DNA from: Propionibacteriaceae bacterium
GTDB taxonomy: Bacteria; Actinomycetota; Actinomycetes; Propionibacteriales; Propionibacteriaceae
DNA length: 64,000 bases
Assembly: GCA_035641455.1 (NCBI GenBank)
Contig: DASQUD010000250.1
Location: forward strand, 17,741 to 81,740
Reading direction: 5' to 3'
This document shows positions 11,871 through 20,229 of the stretch, piece by piece (position 1 is the first letter of the stretch; every line of letters starts with the position of its first letter). The notes under the pieces are model-generated. The model did not search any database, was not told the origin of the DNA, and was given only the letters and a program-made list of their open reading frames with translations. Made by a program: the position numbers and the translations under genes.

Positions 11871-13946
11871 TCACGCGTCGATAGCAGCTGCGTCGAGCTG
11901 GTACGCGCCATCGATGATGAAGTCCTTGCGAGGGCCGACGTCGTTGCCCATCAGCATTTCGAAGGTGGTTTCGGCGATCAGCCCATCATCGACGGTCATT
12001 CTGCGCAGGGTTCGGTGCCGCGGACTCATGGTGGTCTCCGCCAGCTGGTCAGCATCCATCTCCCCAAGGCCTTTGTAGCGCTGCGGCTCCTTGAAGGTGA
12101 GCCCGCGCTTCGTCAACTCGGCGGCCTTCCGCTGGTATTCGGCGTCGGAGTAGGTGTAGATGAACTTCTCCTGGCCCTTTCGCGCATTGGTCAGCTCGAA
12201 TCGGTGCAGCGGCGGTACGGCGGTGAACACCCGGCCGGCGTCGACAAGCGGCCGCATATAGCGGAAGAAGAGGGTGGCGAGTAGGCAGCGGATGTGCGCG
12301 CCGTCGGAGTCGGCATCCGCCATGAAGATGATCTTGCCGTACCGGGCTGTATCGATATCGAAGCTCCGGCCCGAACCCGCGCCCACTACTTGGATGATCG
12401 ACGCGCACTCGGCGTTCTTCAGCATGTCGCCGATGGAGGCCTTCTGGACGTTGAGAATCTTTCCCCGGATCGGCAGTAGAGCCTGGAACTCGGAGTTGCG
12501 TGCCAGCTTCGCCGTACCCAACGCCGAGTCCCCCTCGACAATGAACAGCTCGCAACGGTCGACATCGGTGCTGCGGCAGTCCACCAGCTTGGCCGGCAGC
12601 GAGGACGATTCGAGCGCATTCTTGCGGCGCTGGGCGTCACGATGCTGCCGCGCCGCGACCCGCGCCCGAGACGCTCCGACCACCTTCTCCAGCACCTGCC
12701 GCGCCTGTGCGCGGGTCGTGCCCTTCGTCGATGTCAGGAACGCCGTCAGTTCCCGGCGTACGGCCTTCGTCACCAACCCGGCGACGGCCGGCGTGCCGAG
12801 CACCTCTTTGGTCTGGCCTTCGAACTGCGGCTCGGCCAGCCGTACGGTAATCACCGCTGTCATCCCCTCGAGGACGTCGTCCTTGACGATCTCCTCCCCC
12901 GCTTTCAGCAACCGAGTGCCCTGCAACACGTCGGTGAACGTGCGTGTCAGTGCGCGCTCGAACCCCGCCACGTGTGTGCCGCCTTTCGGCGTGGCAATGA
13001 TGTTGACGTAGGAGCGGGTGGTCGACTCATAGCCGGTGCCCCAGCGGACGGCGATGTCGATGTCGAGGTCGCGCTCGACGTCCCTGGGCTCCATATGGCC
13101 GTCGGCGTCCAGCATTGGCACCGTCTCGGTGAACCGGTCCTGGCCGCGTAGCCGGATGACGTCGGTGATGGCTTCGCCGGCCGCGAGAAACTCACAGAAT
13201 TCCGAGATCCCGCCGTCGTGGCGGAAGCGCTGCTCGCTCACCTCCGCCGTGCGGGCGTCGGTGATGTGGAGTGCCAGCCCGGGCACCAGGAAGCTGGTCT
13301 GCCGGGCGCGCTCCTCAAGCTCCGCCAGCGACAAGGCCGCGTCCTTGAGGAAGATCTGCCGATCGGGCCAATAGGTCACGCGAGTACCGGTAATGCCCTT
13401 GGCCGTCCTGCCCACTTTGCGGAGGCCGCCGCCTGCGGTGAACCTGGCGTTCGGCCCCGGCCCGTCGAAGTTCCCTGGCGTACCCCGCCGGAACGACATC
13501 GCCCAGGTGGCGCCGTTGCGATCCACCTCGACGTCCAGCCGGCTGGCGAGCGCGTTCACGACGGACGAGCCCACGCCGTGGAGGCCGCCGGTCGCGTTGT
13601 AGCTGCCGTTGCCGAATTTGCCGCCCGCGTGCAGCTTGGTGAACACGACCTCGACCCCGGAAAGTCCGGTACGCGGTTCGACGTCAACCGGGATGCCGCG
13701 GCCACGGTCGGCCACCGAGATGCCGCCATCGGCCCGCAGTGTGACGGAAATCTCCTTACCGAATCCGCCGAGAGCCTCGTCGACGGCGTTGTCGATGATC
13801 TCCCACAAGCAGTGCATCAGGCCGCGGGTATCGGTCGAGCCGATGTACATGGCCGGCCGCTTGCGGACCGCTTCCAACCCTTCCAGGACCAGTAGGTGGT
13901 GTGCCTCGTAATCGCGTGTTTCCGTTACAGGATTGGCAGTTGGCAC
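11871..13946 (-). CDS. parE: type IIA DNA topoisomerase subunit B (topoisomerase IV ParE-like / GyrB paralog)
   Basis: Contains LEGLEAVRKRPAMYIGST, GGLHGVGSSVVNALS, ELFIVEGDSALGTAK, IMADADSDGAHI and YKGLGEM. The likely start is GTG at 13946 (VPTANPV...). The track ORF extends to 14111. Confidence 0.85.
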   Translation of the reverse strand: MPTANPVTETRDYEAHHLLVLEGLEAVRKRPAMYIGSTDTRGLMHCLWEIIDNAVDEALGGFGKEISVTLRADGGISVADRGRGIPVDVEPRTGLSGVEVVFTKLHAGGKFGNGSYNATGGLHGVGSSVVNALASRLDVEVDRNGATWAMSFRRGTPGNFDGPGPNARFTAGGGLRKVGRTAKGITGTRVTYWPDRQIFLKDAALSLAELEERARQTSFLVPGLALHITDARTAEVSEQRFRHDGGISEFCEFLAAGEAITDVIRLRGQDRFTETVPMLDADGHMEPRDVERDLDIDIAVRWGTGYESTTRSYVNIIATPKGGTHVAGFERALTRTFTDVLQGTRLLKAGEEIVKDDVLEGMTAVITVRLAEPQFEGQTKEVLGTPAVAGLVTKAVRRELTAFLTSTKGTTRAQARQVLEKVVGASRARVAARQHRDAQRRKNALESSSLPAKLVDCRSTDVDRCELFIVEGDSALGTAKLARNSEFQALLPIRGKILNVQKASIGDMLKNAECASIIQVVGAGSGRSFDIDTARYGKIIFMADADSDGAHIRCLLATLFFRYMRPLVDAGRVFTAVPPLHRFELTNARKGQEKFIYTYSDAEYQRKAAELTKRGLTFKEPQRYKGLGEMDADQLAETTMSPRHRTLRRMTVDDGLIAETTFEMLMGNDVGPRKDFIIDGAYQLDAAAIDA

Positions 13947-14208
13947 GGGCTGAGAGTACCTCCGGTGTGCCCCGCATCCGGGACGGTCGAGACCGCATCC
14001 AGATGGTGTCGCGCAGCGAAGAGTAGGAAAAGACTCGGCTGCAGGCTCGATCCGGCCCTCATTCGTTACATAAGAGACACGGCGTCGAGACCCGCAGAGG
14101 GAACAATTCAAGCCAGAGTGGATGTTGACTGGGAACCGAGGGTACGAAGCAACAGCGACGTAGCCTCATCACAGATGAAGATCATTCGATCCGAAAGCGA
14201 GGCCTACC

Positions 14209-14406
14209 TTGAGCACATCAGTCATCGAAGGCGCCGCGTTGAACGCCGCCGATCGGTGTGATCGGTGCGGGGCCCAGGCCTACGTCCGCGTCATCATGGC
14301 CAATGGTTTCGAGCTCTTGTTCTGCGCCCACCACAGCCGCGAGCACGCGGACAAGCTCAAGCAGGTGGCGCTGAAGATTCACGACGAATCCGAGCGCATC
14401 CAGTAG
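14209..14406 (+). CDS. small conserved Cys/His protein (DUF7455-like; name from memory)
   Basis: 65 aa with CDRCGAQAYV...LLFCAHH (CxxC plus CxHH). Small proteins of this type commonly sit near parE and the principal sigma gene in actinobacteria. Confidence 0.5.
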   Translation: MSTSVIEGAALNAADRCDRCGAQAYVRVIMANGFELLFCAHHSREHADKLKQVALKIHDESERIQ

Positions 14407-14664
14407 CGCTTCAATAGCTATCGACAGTTCGGCCCCTCCATCGTCCCGATGCGAGGGGTCGAGTCGTCTTGGCGCCGACATCTGCATCGGACGAACCGCC
14501 ACTGCGGATTTGTCATGTACCCCTAGCTGACGCCCTCCGACGGCCGGCGGCGGGGCTCCCTGTCAGCAGCAGAACGGTGTACCCGCGAGGCTCCATTCCG
14601 GCATCCTTATGAAGAGGAGCCGCTGTCGTACGCCGATTCTATGGAGATGGCGAGGTGACGACCC

Positions 14665-15657
14665 ATGTTCGACGCAGCAGCAGTCATCGGGACGGGAAGG
14701 TCCGACGATTATCTGCTGTCGCCCGTGGAGCACGCCGAGAGGCTGCGCGCCTCCGCGCCAAAGCTTGCCGCGCTGCTTACCCACAGCGCACCCATGGAGT
14801 TGGCGCGGCAGTACGCAGACGCGGACGCCGAAGCCGTTGCCGCGGGGGTCGCGTTCAAGCGTTGGCTGACAAGGGCTAACTGGACGGTCTTGGTGACCGC
14901 GACCGTGAGCGCCGTACTGATGGCTGTTGCTCTGCTGGAAGGCAGACTAGGCGGATTGACGAGGCCACTACTCGCCGTGCTGGCTCTTCTCGGTGTCGGA
15001 ACAGGTGCGATCGCCTCGATGGCCCTGTTCCGGGTGAAGGAGGGACGGCTGCTGGAGAACTGGTTGACGGCCCGCGCGCGAGCTGAAACGAAGCGCTTGT
15101 CGTACTTCACCTGGCTTGTCGAGGAGTTCGCTAGCCCGATCGACATCCAGCTCGACTTGCTCAAGCTGGAATACTTTCGCCGCTATCAGCTGGACCTCCA
15201 GATCGCCTACTACCGGATCCGGAGATCGGACCACCGCAGCTCGGCTGAGCGGACCCTCAATATTGCAGCTTGGTCGGTCGTCGTTGCTGCGATCGCGTCA
15301 GGTGCCGCCGGAGTGCTCGGCGCAATGATGACCGAATGGGCCGCGCTCGGTTCGCTCGCGGTTTTCGCCGCGGCACTTCAAGGGTTCGCCGCTTCGCGGG
15401 AGGCCATAAACCAGGATCGCCGGAACGCTGAGCGATATGAGCGCAGCGCGGTGGCTCTGCAAGGCCTCCGAGAACGTCTAGACGATGTCCGGGCAGGCAT
15501 CACAGCGGGATCCCGATCGGTGCTGATCGAGTACGTCGCTGCTGTCCAGGACCAGTTGTCTCTCGAGCACCGGCAATGGTTGGAAGCAGCGGAGAGCACC
15601 CAGACAGGCGTGGCGCGGCTCGACAAAGCGCTTCAGAGCGCACTTCACGGGGATTAG
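14665..15657 (+). CDS. 4-TM membrane protein with DUF4231/SLATT-like architecture (SLATT-like 1)
   Basis: 330 aa. Two hydrophobic hairpins (WTVLVTATVSAVLMAVALL / LLAVLALLGVGTGAIASMAL and LNIAAWSVVVAAIASGAAGVLGA / WAALGSLAVFAAALQGFAA). The YYRIRRSDHR stretch precedes hairpin 2. The charged C-terminal helix reads REAINQDRRNAERYERSAVALQGL. Confidence 0.6.
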   Translation: MFDAAAVIGTGRSDDYLLSPVEHAERLRASAPKLAALLTHSAPMELARQYADADAEAVAAGVAFKRWLTRANWTVLVTATVSAVLMAVALLEGRLGGLTRPLLAVLALLGVGTGAIASMALFRVKEGRLLENWLTARARAETKRLSYFTWLVEEFASPIDIQLDLLKLEYFRRYQLDLQIAYYRIRRSDHRSSAERTLNIAAWSVVVAAIASGAAGVLGAMMTEWAALGSLAVFAAALQGFAASREAINQDRRNAERYERSAVALQGLRERLDDVRAGITAGSRSVLIEYVAAVQDQLSLEHRQWLEAAESTQTGVARLDKALQSALHGD

Positions 15658-16556
15658 GGCCCCCAGCCGTCGCGGAGGCCTCGTGACGCCCGCCAGAGGG
15701 TGTGCTCGCGCGAAATCGCCTCTTCGGCCTGGCCGACGAAGACGGTCCAACGCTCCTCGCTCCTCATGGTTGTGAGCTCTGTCGCGATTGAGGCGAGTTC
15801 CTGGCTGGCGATGCCGTATGCCGTCGCCAGGTTCCGGTGTTGCTTGGCCTCGATCCAGGCCGTGACACTCCCAGCGGCCACGGCAAGGAAACCGAGCAGA
15901 TCGAAGTTGATCCAGCCGAACGCCTTGAGCGCGCCGCCGACCATGCCGGCCACCTCCAGCACGATGCTCACCAGCACCCATGCGCGTGCTCGCCGGTCGT
16001 TCCACCGGGCCTTTTGTGAGTACCAGCGTTGCTGGTCGGCAATCCGGTCGTCGAGATAGATCTGCCGACGCTCATCGAAGTCAAGGGCGCGGACTTGGCG
16101 CATCTTGTCGCTGATCTGATGCTCGCCGGGGACGCCGGGACCCAACGAGATCGACTGAAGGTCCTGCAGCAGTGACCGGGTCTGCGCAAGGAACTGCGCG
16201 TCGACATCAGGGATATCGACCTCGAAGGGCTCGGCCCGAACCATGTATCGCCAGGCGAGTGTCTTGGCGGACTCCGCCGCGGCCCGACCTTCGTACCAGG
16301 CCGTGTGCGGACTGGTCATGGCCATGAAGAGCTCGGCGCCTAGTGCGCAGGCGAACGCGAGAAACGCTAGTCCGCCGCCAATCTGGAAGTCTGCCGCGGT
16401 AGTCAGCGTGACGGCGCCGCCGAATGCCGCGACGAGCAAAGCACCGAGGCGCACCCTGAGCGCCCTCAGATAGGACCGTTGCGCTCTGACCGACTCCCCA
16501 TCTGCACTACGACACAGCGCTGGGAAGTCGGCCGGACCGTCAATCGTGACGCTCAT
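15654..16556 (-). CDS. 4-TM membrane protein with DUF4231/SLATT-like architecture (SLATT-like 2)
   Basis: ATG at 16556 is preceded by AGGAG (the track ORF begins at TTG 16604). Hairpins are LGALLVAAFGGAVTL / LAFLAFACALGAELFMAM and AWVLVSIVLEVAGMVGGAL / LLGFLAVAAGSVTAWI. The motif WYSQKARWNDRRARAW is DUF4231-like. The C-terminal helix reads EAKQHRNLATAYGIASQELASI. Confidence 0.65.
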   Translation of the reverse strand: MSVTIDGPADFPALCRSADGESVRAQRSYLRALRVRLGALLVAAFGGAVTLTTAADFQIGGGLAFLAFACALGAELFMAMTSPHTAWYEGRAAAESAKTLAWRYMVRAEPFEVDIPDVDAQFLAQTRSLLQDLQSISLGPGVPGEHQISDKMRQVRALDFDERRQIYLDDRIADQQRWYSQKARWNDRRARAWVLVSIVLEVAGMVGGALKAFGWINFDLLGFLAVAAGSVTAWIEAKQHRNLATAYGIASQELASIATELTTMRSEERWTVFVGQAEEAISREHTLWRASRGLRDGWGP

Positions 16557-17012
16557 CCTGGACGCTCCTATCGAATGGGCCGGAATGAGGCTCCGAGGGC
16601 TCAACCGTTGTCGCTGGGCTTGTCACCGGAGTACTGATTGTTCTTAACCGCGACTCCGACGGATAGTCCCATCCCAGGATCGTCGAGCTGCCGCGTGTCG
16701 ACACTTACCGCTGGATGAGAGCTTCACTTGGCGCAAGTTGGTGTGGGACTACCTGCGTTCCAGGTCCTGAAGCCAGACGGTGGGCGTCTGGGCGCTGAGT
16801 GCGCTCGGGCAACACTAGAGACGGTCGCGCAATGTTGTACGGGGGAGCTGTTCCAGCAAGCTGTCGCGATGAGGGGTCGACCATGCTGCGCTGCGACTGA
16901 TCACCTGCGGCGGCATCTACGACGCAGCCCGGCACACAGCTACCTGGACAACGTCGTGGTCTCCGCCAAGTGCAAATGGTCCGCAAGTCTCACGGCTGGT
17001 CTCCAGAGCCGG

Positions 17013-18806
17013 TCAGCCTTTGACCACCAGCACAAACGGCTCCGACGTCACTCCAGAGCGAGGGTCCACCACCCGAAGCCGGTGCCGACCCTTCGCCAAC
17101 TCGACATAGGCGGTGAACCGGCCCGACGGGTCAGTCCGGGTGGGTAGCGGGAAGAACACCCACCTACCTTCCTCCCGGCGCTGCACCCGCACAAAAGTAT
17201 CCGCTCCACCGCGGTACACGCCCTGAATCGGAACAGGCTCAAAGGCCCTGGCAGAACCGGCCAAATCCTCCAACTGAATGGTTGGCTCGCCTCCCCCCGT
17301 GGCGGGCGATTCATCGGACGGCTCACTCGTTGGACTGCTCACCGTTGGTGCGGACGCGCTCGGCGTAGGGACCGACGATTGGGCGGTCACGCCGCCACCC
17401 CTATTCGCGCCGAACAACAACGCTCCGATAAGCAGTGCCGCCAAGAGGGTGGCGGCAAGGGCTAGCCATCGGAAGCGTTTCTTCTCCGGAGGATTATCAA
17501 CCGGCACAAGTCCGAAGACTTGCTGCTCGGGGAGTTGGGGAGATGGGTGCAGCCCGTCTCCGTTGAGTGCCGCTGGTGCGATGTCGCCCTTCTGCGGGTC
17601 GGTGACTGCTGGATCGACCTGCTTGCTGGCTGTTCTGTGGGGGTCGCTGGGTGCGGACGCTGCCTTGGCCTGGGCTGTTTGGTGGGGGTCGGTAGCTGGC
17701 CGCTCTAGCTTGCCCTGCTGATTCGAGAGCATTTCTGGAGGCCGACCTCCACTGGGCACCGCACGGACTGCCGGTATCTCTACCGTGTCGTCATCTTCTG
17801 GGCCGGCAAGCGCTGTGTCGACCTTTTCGGCGCGGACAGCCGCTGGCTCTGCCTTCGTCTGGGCCGCCTTCTGGGTGACGGCAGCCGCCGGATCGTGGTT
17901 CTTCCCAGTCAACTTTTCGGTGTCCGCGGCCACCGGGTCAGCCTTGGTCTGGGCCGTCTTGTGGCGGGGGGTGGCTGCCGGCTCGACCTGCTTGATGGCC
18001 GGCTCGATCTGCTTGCTGGCCATCTTGTGGGGGTCCGTGGCTGTCGGCTCCGCCTCTGTCTGGACCGTCTTCTGCGGGCTGGTGGCCGCCGACTGTAGCT
18101 TGGCCTGCTGCTTCGAGAGCTTTTGTGGAGGCCGACCTCCACTCGGCACCGCACGGACTGTGGGTATCTCTACCGTGTCGTCATCTTTTGGCCCGGCAGG
18201 CGCCGTGTTGGCCTTCTCAGTGCCGGTAGCCGGAGGCTCAACCTTCGCCTGTGCCACCTTCCGGGCGCCGGTATCCGCCGGATCCAGGTACTTCCCAGGC
18301 CCCTTTTCGGTGTCCGCCCTTGCCGGGTCTGCCACTTTCTCGGCCGCCTTTTCGGTGTTGGCAGTCGCTGGATCCACCTCCTGTGCCGGCTGAATGTCGA
18401 TCGAGTCCGTGGTCTTAGTGCTCCACAGCAGGCCGAGGACCGTGTCGAGCCAGCTGCGGATGTAGCCGAACTCGGGGCTCTGATCACTGGTCCGTTCGAG
18501 CTTGCCGACTTCGCGCAGCGCTGCCTTGCGGACGTTGTCGGGCAGCTGAGCCTCCTCGACTCGCTTCCGGTAGTCCTGGGCACCCTCGGGCTTGTTCTCG
18601 CCGAGCTCCCTCTGCCTGCTCGCCTTCTCGGCCTTGACAGCTGAGGGGTCGGCAGCTCCCGGGTCGGCCTTCTTCTCTGTGGATAACTGCGGTGCCGGCA
18701 TCTTCACCCGAGGGATCCGCATTGTCGGTGTCTCGTCTTGCGAGAGGTTCGGCTGCTGGAGTGTTGGGTCCAGGGCTGAGTTCGGCTGCTTGGACGGCTG
18801 CGACAT
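17013..18806 (-). CDS. repeat-rich single-pass membrane protein with Lon N-domain-like helical segment and C-terminal beta-rich domain
   Basis: ATG at 18806 is preceded by AGGAGG. The N-terminal RVEEAQLPDNVRKAALREVGKLERTSDQSPEFGYIRSWLDTVLGLLWS is collinear with the Lon segment just before the AAA+ module. A long P/A/K/T/Q repeat region follows. The TM helix is RFRWLALAATLLAALLIGALLFG. The C-terminal part reads FEPVPIQGVYRGG...GRFTAYVELAKGRHRLRVV. Confidence 0.6.
   Translation of the reverse strand: MSQPSKQPNSALDPTLQQPNLSQDETPTMRIPRVKMPAPQLSTEKKADPGAADPSAVKAEKASRQRELGENKPEGAQDYRKRVEEAQLPDNVRKAALREVGKLERTSDQSPEFGYIRSWLDTVLGLLWSTKTTDSIDIQPAQEVDPATANTEKAAEKVADPARADTEKGPGKYLDPADTGARKVAQAKVEPPATGTEKANTAPAGPKDDDTVEIPTVRAVPSGGRPPQKLSKQQAKLQSAATSPQKTVQTEAEPTATDPHKMASKQIEPAIKQVEPAATPRHKTAQTKADPVAADTEKLTGKNHDPAAAVTQKAAQTKAEPAAVRAEKVDTALAGPEDDDTVEIPAVRAVPSGGRPPEMLSNQQGKLERPATDPHQTAQAKAASAPSDPHRTASKQVDPAVTDPQKGDIAPAALNGDGLHPSPQLPEQQVFGLVPVDNPPEKKRFRWLALAATLLAALLIGALLFGANRGGGVTAQSSVPTPSASAPTVSSPTSEPSDESPATGGGEPTIQLEDLAGSARAFEPVPIQGVYRGGADTFVRVQRREEGRWVFFPLPTRTDPSGRFTAYVELAKGRHRLRVVDPRSGVTSEPFVLVVKG
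17700..18250 (-). repeat. internal duplication with 390-bp period inside the repeat protein gene
   Basis: About 17706-17810 and 18096-18200 are near-identical at the DNA level (tagcttgccctgctgattcgagagc... versus tagcttggcctgctgcttcgagagc...). They encode GPEDDDTVEIPAVRAVPSGGRPPEMLSNQQGKLE and GPKDDDTVEIPTVRAVPSGGRPPQKLSKQQAKLQ. Similarity decays outside this core. Confidence 0.85.
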
Positions 18807-19240
18807 CGATACCTCCTGCCAAGGACCTCCACACAATCTTGAAGTACGGCTGCATCCGGGCTGATTCGTGTCACACCGCGGACATCTGGATCACGGCCAA
18901 TCACCACTCCACGGCCTGCAGTACACCGACGATTCGCGGGTGACGAGCTCGTCGGCACCAACGGCGCGTATACAAATGAGGTTGCCGGCAAGCCACCGGT
19001 GATCAACCTCAGCTATGACAAGCCCACTAACACAGGGGGCCGGCTGTGCATGCCGGTCGAGTTCGCCGTGGTGGCAATCCCAACGCGCTGACAGCAGCGC
19101 CCAGCCCGCATACCAGACCGAGGAGGCGTGACAGTACATTGCTGACCGCAGCTGAGGCTGAAAGTGCCAACTCGGCTAGCAGGTACGTGCGCACCAGGTC
19201 CCCTGGCACATCGTGATGACATGCAGACGGGAAGGAAATC

Positions 19241-20200
19241 ATGACGGCCCTCGACCAGGAGACGATTGAGCGCGTCAAGGCCGATAAGAAACGGCGCAGG
19301 TCTACAGCCATCAGATATCAAGATGGACCTGGGCTTGCCTTCATCGTCCAATCCTTCAACCGGGTCTCCAACATCGAGCAGCTCTTCGACGGCCTCAGAC
19401 GCATGGGCCAGCACGAGCTGATCGTCTGTGAGGACGGCTCGCTGGACGGCTCCCGTGAAAAATGGATGTCCTATTTGGATCGGCCGAACGACTTCCTAAT
19501 CCACTCCAATGATCTACACGAGATCAGGATCCTTGATCGAGCGATCAGGTTCGCCCGTGCGGATATCGTCTGTCTGGTCCAGGACGATGACGTTATCCCT
19601 CCTGAAACCGACTGGCTGGAATCCGCGCTTAGAGCGTTTTCCAACCATCCCAGGCTGGCGATTCTGGGCGGCTTTCAGGGGTTCGAGAGCTTCGACCCTG
19701 ATCCCGCAAAGGCCAAGCGCCTTTGGGGATGGGACGAATTCCGGTTCGTCCATCACGTCAATATCGGACCCTACTTCATCCGTAGGCGGAGCTACGAGGA
19801 CCTTGGCGGCTGGGAGTACTCGTTTTCCGAGGTCGGCGAGCCAGGCATCTGCTGTGACACCGAGCTGTGCCTCCGGGCCTGGATGAACAACTACCAGGTC
19901 GGCTACAGCTTCGTTCCGTTCAAGGGGCCCTCAGGACATTATCCGGCCGACGGAGGGACTGTACTGTTCTCCGACGACATCAGGGTCAGGAACTCGGTCC
20001 GTAACTCCGACACGATATTTGAGATGTACGGACCACACGCTGGGCGAATCGATGAACTGGTGACCGCCGCCAATTCAGCCTTGGCCTCATCTCAAGCTGA
20101 GGCCACATACCCATCGCCGCTATTGGGACGTGGCCGCGTTGACCCGGCCGTCGTACGTCCCGGCCTCGTCGAACTCGACAGTCCGGCTCAGTCCGGATAA
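19241..20200 (+). CDS. family 2 glycosyltransferase
   Basis: Contains LAFIVQSFNRVSNIEQLFDGL...ELIVCEDGSLDGS...IVCLVQDDDVI (GT-A fold with DxD-like motifs). RBS GGAAGGA precedes the ATG. Codon third positions are visibly less GC-biased than in flanking core genes. Confidence 0.75.
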   Translation: MTALDQETIERVKADKKRRRSTAIRYQDGPGLAFIVQSFNRVSNIEQLFDGLRRMGQHELIVCEDGSLDGSREKWMSYLDRPNDFLIHSNDLHEIRILDRAIRFARADIVCLVQDDDVIPPETDWLESALRAFSNHPRLAILGGFQGFESFDPDPAKAKRLWGWDEFRFVHHVNIGPYFIRRRSYEDLGGWEYSFSEVGEPGICCDTELCLRAWMNNYQVGYSFVPFKGPSGHYPADGGTVLFSDDIRVRNSVRNSDTIFEMYGPHAGRIDELVTAANSALASSQAEATYPSPLLGRGRVDPAVVRPGLVELDSPAQSG

Positions 20201-20229
20201 TCCCGGACTCTTGACGACCCAACGCCATG

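Noticed and set aside
16601-16672. 23-codon minus-strand mini-ORF (MGLSVGVAVKNNQYSGDKPSDNG) just upstream of SLATT-like 2
   Set aside because: It is too short, I saw no RBS, and there is no supporting pattern. Possible leader peptide, but unsupported.
16605-17012. ORFs 16728..17147 (+) and 16705..16986 (-) in the gap between the repeat protein and SLATT-like 2
   Set aside because: Both translations are Arg/Cys/Pro-rich and non-protein-like. The region is treated as non-coding or decayed.
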